In this document: one piece after another, positions 56,859 through 64,000 of the stretch | Numbering within the stretch: the stretch's first letter is position 1 | Layout: each line of letters starts with the position of its first letter | Source of the DNA: Bacteroidales bacterium | GTDB taxonomy: Bacteria > Bacteroidota > Bacteroidia > Bacteroidales > VadinHA17 | Direction of reading: 5' to 3' | NCBI GenBank assembly: GCA_018056245.1 | Contig: JAGPFZ010000001.1 | Coordinates: 79,241-143,240, forward strand | DNA length: 64,000 bases | Notes under the pieces: model-generated | What the model saw: the letters and a program-made list of their open reading frames with translations, nothing else | Database searches by the model: none | Told to the model about the DNA's origin: nothing | Made by a program: the position numbers and the translations under genes

Positions 56859-58517
56859 CTATCTCCCCATCATATTCAGAACCGAAATATAATAATCTTT
56901 ATCAACACTTATTTCATGATTTGATGTTTCGAGCTTTATAGTATTCCATCTGGTTGAAGGATTAAGGTTTAAAGCTATATCTCCATCATAAAGTTTCACT
57001 TGCATATTGAAACCTGGCACACAATTATTCCATCTGAAGTTCAGATAATCTCCCTTGACATAATATTCTAAAACCGGGATTCTGACATCTCTTAGATACT
57101 GGTCGAAAAAGGGTTTCAGGTCCATGTTGGTTCTTTTGCCGATATATTCCTCAATCTGCCGCCCATCAACAGTCTGATGGTAAAACTCGCTGTTAAGTCC
57201 CCTGAGTATATCTCGCCATTTTACGTCGTCGTTGATAATTTGCCTTAGTGTATGCAGCATATTTCCGCCTTTCGAATACATATCTCCCGAACCTTCATAG
57301 TTGACATTATAAATACCGGTTATTGGCCGGTCGTTAAGAATACTCCGCCTTGTACCTCTCACGTATTCTGCACCGGCTTCCTTGCCGTTATAGTATTCGA
57401 CAAAAAGACTTTCGGAATAATTTCCGAAGCTTTCATGCACCCACATATCGGCAATATCTCTGTAAGTGATGTTGTTTGCAAACCATTCATGACTTGATTC
57501 GTGTACAATAATAAAATCCCATGAGTAGCCCCAGCCTGTTCCGCTCAAATCTCTTCCAAGATACCCGTTCTGATAACCATTGCCGTAAGTTACCGAGCTC
57601 TGGTGTTCCATACCCAGATACGGTACCTCTACAAGTTTGTATCCATCTTCATAGAAAGGATAAGGTCCGAACCAGTATTCAAATGCTTTCAGCATCATGG
57701 ATGCCTGTCTGAAATGAACTTTAGCTTTATTGAGATTATAACTTAGGACCCAGTAATCACAGTCGAGTATCCCTTTTTCTCCGTTATATTTTTCGGAGAA
57801 ATGCACATAATCGCCTATGTTGATGTTTACTCCATAGTTGTTTATCGGATTTGATACAAACCAGTTCCATGTTTTTGTCTTATTTTTTTTGTTGGGAACA
57901 ACACTTCTGAGGCGTCCGTTCGATACATCAATAAGGTTATCGGGAACTGTGACACTGATTAACATGCTGTCGGGTTCGTCATACATGTGGTCTTTACAAG
58001 GCCACCACAGGCTTGCACCATCTCCCTGACAGGATGAGGCAATAAACGGAAGATTGTTTTTGTCGCGCTTCCATGTGATTCCTCCCTGCCAGGGCGGATT
58101 TGGAGCAATCCTAGGCCTCCCTCCATATTCAATAACAACATAAGTAACACTTCCCGGAGCCTGAGTATCATTGAGATATATGAAATGTGCGTTTCCTTCA
58201 TGAATAATTTTCAATTCTTTGCCGTTTTGTCTGGCACTTATCATCACAAGCGGAGGTTGAAGGTCTATCTGCATAATGTTTTTGCTTTCCAGAACTCTGT
58301 AATAAACTGTATTTGTTCCATGGATGGTACTGTCGGATGGATTTACGGTTATATCAAGATGATAGTAGGTCAAATTCCACCACGATCTTTCCGGAGTTAT
58401 CGAACCTCGAAGTGTATCCTGCCTTGTAAAAACCGGTTGTTGAGGTAAAACTTTAGTTGTTGATAAAATAAAAGTAAACAAAACTGATAGGAATCTTATA
58501 GAACTGAAATTATTCAT
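56859..58517 (-). CDS. M1-family zinc metallopeptidase, secreted
   Basis: 552 aa with a signal peptide and the motif HESSHEWF followed by WVHESF (HEXXH plus distal Glu). Confidence 0.8.
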   Translation of the reverse strand: MNNFSSIRFLSVLFTFILSTTKVLPQQPVFTRQDTLRGSITPERSWWNLTYYHLDITVNPSDSTIHGTNTVYYRVLESKNIMQIDLQPPLVMISARQNGKELKIIHEGNAHFIYLNDTQAPGSVTYVVIEYGGRPRIAPNPPWQGGITWKRDKNNLPFIASSCQGDGASLWWPCKDHMYDEPDSMLISVTVPDNLIDVSNGRLRSVVPNKKNKTKTWNWFVSNPINNYGVNINIGDYVHFSEKYNGEKGILDCDYWVLSYNLNKAKVHFRQASMMLKAFEYWFGPYPFYEDGYKLVEVPYLGMEHQSSVTYGNGYQNGYLGRDLSGTGWGYSWDFIIVHESSHEWFANNITYRDIADMWVHESFGNYSESLFVEYYNGKEAGAEYVRGTRRSILNDRPITGIYNVNYEGSGDMYSKGGNMLHTLRQIINDDVKWRDILRGLNSEFYHQTVDGRQIEEYIGKRTNMDLKPFFDQYLRDVRIPVLEYYVKGDYLNFRWNNCVPGFNMQVKLYDGDIALNLNPSTRWNTIKLETSNHEISVDKDYYISVLNMMGR

Positions 58518-58629
58518 CTTATATTATATATGAAAAAAGTTAATATTCTAAAATTCTTTAACAATGACTAATGCAATCATTTTCTTAATTCTTGAATTAC
58601 ATGATAAAAATAATTTAAGTTTTGAAATT

Positions 58630-59304
58630 TCAGTCAATAATAGCTATTGATATAAGTTCCATATTTCCCACATCGAGCGCGGAAAGGTAACCATAATTCA
58701 TCTCCCGGCCATAAACACAGCCTGTATCAATAGGTATTACTTTCGATTTTTCTTTTACCATTTTCCTTGAATATTCCAGTAATTTTGGTCTGTGCCCATG
58801 AACAATCGTTTTTCCTGTAAAAACAGGATTTGAATAAGAGAGCCTCGATTCCCAGAGCATTGCTTCTTTGTCGGAAAAAGGATCTTCCAGAGTGTCATTA
58901 AAGCCTCCATGAACAAAGTAAAAATCTCCTACCTTCTCATAAAATATTAAATTTCTGAAGAACTTAATATATTCATTTTCAATGTTTCTGATATTTGCTA
59001 TACCGAAACTCTCAAGCGTTGTTATTCCTTCGTTCAAATACCATAATGGCAACATACGGGGATCATCGTATGAATTGACAAGCATCCACTCATGATTCCC
59101 CATAAGAGGCGTCACATTAAACCCCATTTCTATAAGTTCCATAATATAATCAACAACTTCCCTGATGCCAGGCCCACGATCAATATAGTCTCCAAGCAAA
59201 ATAATTCTGTCACTTTTTTCGGGATGAATATGGCTGTTAACCAGTTCATAAAAAGTCCTGAAACAACCGTGAATATCACCTATGGCAAAAAGCCTGTTCA
59301 TCAT
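58630..59304 (-). CDS. PPP-family metallophosphoesterase (Ser/Thr phosphatase / ApaH-like)
   Basis: 224 aa with the motifs GDIHGC, GDYIDRGP, GNHE, VHGG and GH. Confidence 0.8.
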   Translation of the reverse strand: MMNRLFAIGDIHGCFRTFYELVNSHIHPEKSDRIILLGDYIDRGPGIREVVDYIMELIEMGFNVTPLMGNHEWMLVNSYDDPRMLPLWYLNEGITTLESFGIANIRNIENEYIKFFRNLIFYEKVGDFYFVHGGFNDTLEDPFSDKEAMLWESRLSYSNPVFTGKTIVHGHRPKLLEYSRKMVKEKSKVIPIDTGCVYGREMNYGYLSALDVGNMELISIAIID

Positions 59305-59547
59305 TTTGGGGATCGGTTAAAAGTCAAAATTTTTAAAATTATGTTACTCTTTCCGGGAAACATTTGGTTAATGCCGATTAACTTACACAAAGTTTTTAAA
59401 ATTTATATATACTTCAAAACAGATATTGAATTTAATAGTTTTCTCATAAAATGTAGAAATATTGATTTATTTTGTTATAGATTATTTTGAAATAGATAAT
59501 CAATTTTTTGCAGGAGATTTATTTTTTGTTATTAAAAAATTTATGAA

Positions 59548-60588
59548 ATGAAAAGGATACCGTTTTTTTTAATCTCTCTTTTGATGATACTCTCCTGCAA
59601 GACGCAGGAGCTTTATCTTAATGTGATTGAGCCAGCTCCTGTTACTTTGCCCCTTGAAGCAAAAAGTGCAGGTATTGCCGACAGAAGCGAAGCATCAAAA
59701 GAAGCAGGAGCTCTTGATGCTCTCGATAAAGTAATTACCCTTGAAGGTGCTGAGCTTGACAGGGCAGGAGCAGAAGCTTGCATTACAAGACTTTTTGACA
59801 GACTTTCTGAAAATACACGTTTCGAAGAAGTAAAGAAAATTGACGAAAAGTTTGCTTCTGTAACCTTACCTGGCGTATTTCCTTCTCCGGTTGAATGGCC
59901 TGTTGTTGAACTCGTTTGCAGAGAGAATGAAGTTGACTTGTTATTTTCGCTCGAAACTTTTGATACCGATACAAAAATCAATTATCAGATAATAAAGAAT
60001 GGTAATCCAAAAACTATACTCGGTATTGTAACTAAAGTTGAACATCAGGCGAATATGCAGACACTGGTTAAAACAGGCTGGAGAATATATTATCCTGCAG
60101 GCCAGATGATAATTGATGAATTTCCGATGGTTCACAATCTTAATTTTTCGGCAACCGGTTTAACCTCGGTAGCTGCGGCTGCAGCACTTGTTAACCGCAA
60201 AGAGGCAGTAAAAAGAGTAGCTGAACAGGCAGGAGAAATATATGCTTCGCGAATAATTCCTTATGAAATTACAGTCACAAGAGATTACTATGTAAAAGGT
60301 ACAAATAATTTCAAAATTGCAATGAGGAAAGCAAGAACAGGAAACTGGGACAAGGCAGGCGAACTATGGAAAATAGAGACTGAGAATCCGAAACGCAAAA
60401 TCGCAGCACGTGCATGCTATAATATGGCTATAATAGCCGAAATAAAAGGGAACCTGGGTGTTGCCCTTGAATGGGCTCAGAAAGCTTACGAAGATTACAA
60501 CCTTCGTAAAGCGCTGGAATATGTTAGAATACTTGAAAACAGAATGAACAGAAACCAGCTATTGGAACTGCAGGAGGAAGGTATTTAA
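59548..60588 (+). CDS. hypothetical lipoprotein with TPR-like C-terminus
   Basis: 346 aa with a lipobox (LLMILSC). The C-terminal helical repeats resemble TPR. Confidence 0.5.
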   Translation: MKRIPFFLISLLMILSCKTQELYLNVIEPAPVTLPLEAKSAGIADRSEASKEAGALDALDKVITLEGAELDRAGAEACITRLFDRLSENTRFEEVKKIDEKFASVTLPGVFPSPVEWPVVELVCRENEVDLLFSLETFDTDTKINYQIIKNGNPKTILGIVTKVEHQANMQTLVKTGWRIYYPAGQMIIDEFPMVHNLNFSATGLTSVAAAAALVNRKEAVKRVAEQAGEIYASRIIPYEITVTRDYYVKGTNNFKIAMRKARTGNWDKAGELWKIETENPKRKIAARACYNMAIIAEIKGNLGVALEWAQKAYEDYNLRKALEYVRILENRMNRNQLLELQEEGI

Positions 60589-60631
60589 TTAGCAATAAAC
60601 TTATTATTCAAAGTTTCTAAATTCTAAAAAG

Positions 60632-61134
60632 ATGAGAAAAAGTGTTACTCAAAAATCGAGGAGAGAATTTCTTTCAAAAGCAACAATGGCGGCAGCCGGT
60701 CTGGCGTTTAGTGGTTCTACACTTACAGCCGGCAAGTACCGCAAGGCTTCAAGGCCTCAGGAAAAAATAAGGATGGGATTTATCGGCCTGGGTAACCGTG
60801 GTTCCCAGCTCCTAAGGCTGTTTATGTCGCATACGAAAATAATATTCCCTGTTTCTGTGCCGACCTTACTGTGAACCCAATACTTGTGGAATGGAACAAA
60901 AATGTTGCCGCACGTCTTAAACCGTTCCCCGGTATAGGACTCGGACTTCTTGAAACAAACGGCCATCAGAACTATAAGAACTGGGCGATAATGAAGTCCT
61001 ATCATCCTTTCCCTGATGCCTTATGGGCAAATGCCCGAAACGGTATTTTTGAACTTGACAATGATTTTTACAGTAAAAGCGGAGGAATCTTCATACAGTC
61101 GCCACATTATATAAATATGGTAGATTTAATATAA
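60632..61134 (+). pseudogene. remnant of a Tat-exported Gfo/Idh/MocA-family oxidoreductase gene
   Basis: The first ORF has a Tat leader (SRREFLSKATMAAAGLA) and a Rossmann start (IRMGFIGLGNRG), then stops after 80 aa. A second short ORF in another frame continues for 87 aa. The total of about 165 aa is far shorter than I would expect for this family. Confidence 0.4.
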
Positions 61135-61275
61135 AAAGATTGTTTCTGTTTTTTCATTCGTAAATTTTTAACGAGTAATGTTTTTCTAAATACCTGTTAT
61201 TAAGAAAAATTTGTTTTTAAACTACTATTGTAAATTACAAAATTTTATCGGATTATACTAATTAAAATATTAACA

Positions 61276-62343
61276 ATGAGCAAAAAGGAAAATGTTTTTA
61301 TTTCAGGTATTCATTATGAAACAGGCGAGTATATTGAAATTGAGATTTCAGACGGTTTTATAGGGGAAATCAGATGTAGCGGAAAACAGATTAATAAAGG
61401 ATGCGAAACTTATATAGCTCCGGGTCTTATTGACAGTCAGACTAATGGTTATTTAGGTATCAATTTTCAGGATGAGCTTTTTTCAGTCGAGAGGATGAGA
61501 TTTGCTGCCAAAGCAATTTGGAAAGATGGAGTTACTACGTATGTTCCAACCCTTGTTACCGAAAGTCGTGAAAATTTACTGAGGAACTTTCGGATTCTTG
61601 CTATGGCTATTGAAGATAAGCAACTGATGGGATGCATTCCAGGTTTTCACCTTGAAGGTCCTTATCTTTCATCTATTCAGGGTTTTTATGGATGTCATAA
61701 TGCAAAATATTTACGGAATCCTTCTATAGATGAATTCAATGAGCTACAGGAAGCTGCACAGGGCCACATAATAATTGTTACAATTGCTCCGGAACTTGAA
61801 GGTGCGATCGAATTCATCAAATATTGCTCTGAAAATGGTGTTGTGGTATCAATAGGTCATACAAATGCAACTACTGAACAGATTTACAGAGCGGTTGACA
61901 ATGGTGCAAGGATGTCAACCCATCTGGGGAACGGATGTGCGAACATGATTAACCGCTACCGGAATCCATTATGGCCACAGCTTGCAAATGATAGTCTCAC
62001 ACTTTCAATTATTGCCGACGGATTTCATCTTTTGCCAGAAGAAATAAAGACCTTTTATAAGGCAAAAGGAGACAATAATATAACTATTACTTCAGATGTA
62101 ACTCATCTAGCAGGAATGCCTCCGGGTAAATATTCGTATATGGGAAGTGAAGTAGTGATGAACGATGAAGGGCGTATTTTTAATCCTTCTCTTAATTGTC
62201 TTGCAGGTGCATCGAGCCCGCTTAAAAAGGGAATCGAAACTATGATGAGATTTACCGGTTGCACACTGGGTCAGGCAGCCAACCTTGCAGGCAGAAATGT
62301 TGCACGGCTTCTTGGCCTTTCCGACCGTGGTATTATAGAGTAG
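61276..62343 (+). CDS. nagA: N-acetylglucosamine-6-phosphate deacetylase-like amidohydrolase, ending at a TAG that looks premature
   Basis: 355 aa with the motifs GLIDSQTNGY, HLEGPYLS, SIGHTNAT and STHLGNG. After the TAG at 62341-62343 the same frame continues for 33 codons (GKRADIILFTLAHGKVTIKETWVAGRRVYPDRQ) to a TGA at 62443-62445. That stretch resembles the usual NagA C-terminus. Confidence 0.8.
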   Translation: MSKKENVFISGIHYETGEYIEIEISDGFIGEIRCSGKQINKGCETYIAPGLIDSQTNGYLGINFQDELFSVERMRFAAKAIWKDGVTTYVPTLVTESRENLLRNFRILAMAIEDKQLMGCIPGFHLEGPYLSSIQGFYGCHNAKYLRNPSIDEFNELQEAAQGHIIIVTIAPELEGAIEFIKYCSENGVVVSIGHTNATTEQIYRAVDNGARMSTHLGNGCANMINRYRNPLWPQLANDSLTLSIIADGFHLLPEEIKTFYKAKGDNNITITSDVTHLAGMPPGKYSYMGSEVVMNDEGRIFNPSLNCLAGASSPLKKGIETMMRFTGCTLGQAANLAGRNVARLLGLSDRGIIE

Positions 62344-62507
62344 GGCAAAAGAGCCGATATCATCCTTTTCACTCTTGCCCATGGCAAGGTAACTATAAAA
62401 GAAACATGGGTGGCAGGCAGGAGAGTATATCCTGACCGGCAATGAGATAATGTCCTTTCGACATGATGATATAGAGTCGAATTTATTTTAATCTAACCAA
62501 TGAGAAA

Positions 62508-62966
62508 AGCCTGACTCGTCGTCCGGAAAAACTAAAACCTCCGGCTGGTGCCGGAGGTGTAATTTGCCGGTGCGGAGAGAGGGGGATTATTCGCTTCGCT
62601 CATGATCCCATGAGGGAGGGTCTTGCACCGTCAAATTCCCTCGTCACGCTTTGCGTGCCTTGCGTTTTCGTTTTTCCTTACTCCTCCTTCAGGCAGAGCC
62701 TGACTCGTCGTCTGAAAAAACTAAAACCTCCGGCTGGTGCCGGAGGTGTAATTTACCGGTGCGGAGAGAGGGGGATTATTCGCTTCGCTCATGATCCCAT
62801 GAGGGAGGGCCTTGCACCGTCAAATTCCCTCGTCACGCTTTGCGTGCCTTACATTTTCGTTTTTCCTTACTCCTCCTTCAGGCAAAGCCTGACTCGTCGT
62901 CCGGAAAAACTAAAACCTCCGGCTGGTGCCGGAGGTGTAATTTGCCGGTGCGGAGAGAGGGGGATT
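62508..62966. repeat. tandem array, exact 189-bp period, 2.4 copies, reiterating the tRNA-Ser 3' end plus its trailer and terminator
   Basis: Units are 62508-62696, 62697-62885 and a partial unit 62886-62966. I counted 7 substitutions between the two full units. The first 81 bp of unit 1 are identical to the tRNA-proximal partial unit. Confidence 0.85.
62905..62935 (-). terminator. rho-independent terminator of tRNA-Ser (copies at 62716-62746 and 62527-62557)
   Basis: Minus-strand stem CCTCCGGC-ACCA-GCCGGAGG followed by TTTTAGTTTTT. Confidence 0.7.
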
Positions 62967-63039
62967 CGAACCCCCGTTCCGCCGGAAGGCGGAAAACGGT
63001 TTTCGAGACCGTCCCATTCAACCACTCTGGCATCTCTCC
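62951..63039 (-). tRNA. tRNA-Ser (anticodon CGA)
   Basis: The 89-nt cloverleaf was read by hand. Acceptor GGAGAGA/TCTCTCC with discriminator G. Anticodon stem ACGGT/ACCGT with loop CTCGAAA. Long variable arm TTCCGCC-TTCC-GGCGGAA. T-arm GGGGG-TTCGAAT-CCCCC. CCA is not encoded. Confidence 0.93.
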
Positions 63040-63322
63040 CTTCAACTGCCACAGCCCATCTATCTGGAAAAGGAAGTATTTGTTCCCATAAACATGAGAA
63101 AACAGCTTTTAACCAACATATCCGTATAAGGATATGGCTTTTTAACCATCTTCCCGATTAATATATGCTGCAATAATTCAGTATTAATTTTCTATGTAAC
63201 GGCACAAATATAGTTAAAATGAAATTTTAAATCTGCCTTTTATTGTTCGTACCTTTATTTGAAAGGTCATTCAAAACTTTTATCTTCGCTCACTTTAAAG
63301 AAAATAAATTTATTATCACACA

Positions 63323-64000
63323 GTGAAAACAAAAATTTATTTTATAGTGTTGCCATTAATAGTGTTGCCATTAATAATGGGGACATTAATAATTTCATGT
63401 AAAAATATTGAAAAACAAAAAGAAATGAGTAATCCGTTTTTCAGTGAATACCAAACACCTTTCGATCTTCCTCCATTTGAAAAGATTCAGGCAGGACATT
63501 ATATGCCGGCATTTCAAAAAGGTTTGGAAGAAGCCAGAAAAGAACTCGAAGTAATAGTTACGGATGATAATCCTCCAACATTTGATAATACTGTGGAAGC
63601 TCTCGATAAAATGGGAAAACTGCTCCAGAAAGTAAGCTATGTTTTTTTTGCTCAGGCATCGGCAAATACGAATGATTCTATACAAAAGATTGAAATTGAG
63701 ATTTCACCGGTGTTGTCTGCCTTTGAAGATGAAGTCAGGCTTAATCCTGTTTTATTCAATAGAATCAAATCAGTTTACGATAGCCGCGAAAAATTGAATC
63801 TGAATGAGGAACAAAAATTTTTACTCGAAAACCTTTATAAGAACTTTGTAAGAAATGGAGCAGGACTTAGCAAACAGGATCAGGATTCTTTGAAAATACT
63901 GAACGGAAAACTGTCAGTCCTCACAGTAAAATATAGCCAGAATGTACTTTCCGAAACAAATAACTATAAGATGATAATAACTGATTTGGCAGACCTTGCA
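63323..64000 (+). CDS. dcp: M3-family peptidyl-dipeptidase (Dcp-like), N-terminal part (gene runs off the window end)
   Basis: Not in the ORF track because there is no stop in the window. The frame is open from GTG 63323 to 64000. It has a lipoprotein-type leader (...GTLIISC), then NPFFSEYQTPFDLPPFEKIQAGHYMPAFQKGLEEARKELEVIV...PTFDNTVEALD, typical of the Dcp N-terminus. The start is uncertain (GTG 63323 or ATG 63377). Confidence 0.8.
   Translation, partial: MKTKIYFIVLPLIVLPLIMGTLIISCKNIEKQKEMSNPFFSEYQTPFDLPPFEKIQAGHYMPAFQKGLEEARKELEVIVTDDNPPTFDNTVEALDKMGKLLQKVSYVFFAQASANTNDSIQKIEIEISPVLSAFEDEVRLNPVLFNRIKSVYDSREKLNLNEEQKFLLENLYKNFVRNGAGLSKQDQDSLKILNGKLSVLTVKYSQNVLSETNNYKMIITDLADLA
63346..63375 (+). 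repeat. perfect 15-bp tandem duplication inside the Dcp signal peptide
   Basis: AGTGTTGCCATTAAT occurs twice, head to tail. It is in frame and encodes the duplicated IVLPL. Confidence 0.8.

Noticed and set aside
62508-62966. Possible CRISPR array
   Set aside because: The period is 189 bp. The whole unit is repeated, rather than short repeats separated by unique spacers. The repeated block is tRNA 3' end plus terminator, and no cas genes are present.
62610-63161. 183-aa plus-strand ORF with an internally repeated sequence (MREGLAPSNSLVTLCVP...)
   Set aside because: It runs antisense through tRNA-Ser and through the 189-bp tandem units. It stays open only because the period is a multiple of 3. 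It also crosses three terminator hairpins and has no recognisable protein features.

Overview
AT-rich bacterial chromosome segment. From the protein families I infer an anaerobic, fermentative Bacteroidota-like organism, but no database search was possible. I call about 60 protein genes, one tRNA-Ser(CGA), no rRNA, no CRISPR and no recognisable transposase or integrase.

The core of the window (7.3-46.2 kb) is a hydrogen/redox region with four parts:
- An Hdr-like five-gene cluster (HdrC-, HdrB- and short HdrA-like, a small 2x[4Fe-4S] protein, and a fused membrane/FeS/CCG protein) at 7295-12355.
- A translationally coupled 19-gene minus-strand operon at 35968-23220. It joins sulfhydrogenase beta/gamma-like (AsrA/AsrB-like) NAD(P)H-module genes and a ferredoxin to a NuoH/B/C/D/I-like group-4 [NiFe]-hydrogenase core, a complete MrpA-G-like antiporter module and a HycI-type protease.
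- A divergent rex-hypFCDEAB operon. The shared intergenic region carries a near-consensus Rex operator, and a second one overlaps the rex start codon.
- A NuoE/NuoF/HydA-type [FeFe]-hydrogenase operon at 42687-46150.

The NAD(P)H-module + Mrp + [NiFe] architecture under Rex control is my best candidate for an undescribed system.

The flanks carry peptidases (two M1, one M28-like, an M3 Dcp fragment, a POT transporter fragment), purL, tkt, asnB, a SNF2 helicase and several secreted or membrane hypothetical proteins.

Signs of gene decay or sequence error:
- an in-frame TGA in the NuoH/MbhM-like gene;
- an in-frame TAG in nagA;
- a frameshifted and nonsense-interrupted XRE-type HTH gene;
- a truncated Gfo/Idh/MocA remnant.

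Downstream of tRNA-Ser there is an exact 189-bp-period tandem array that reiterates the tRNA 3' end together with its terminator.

All calls rest on reading the sequence and ORF translations. Novelty statements are hypotheses that need database checks.
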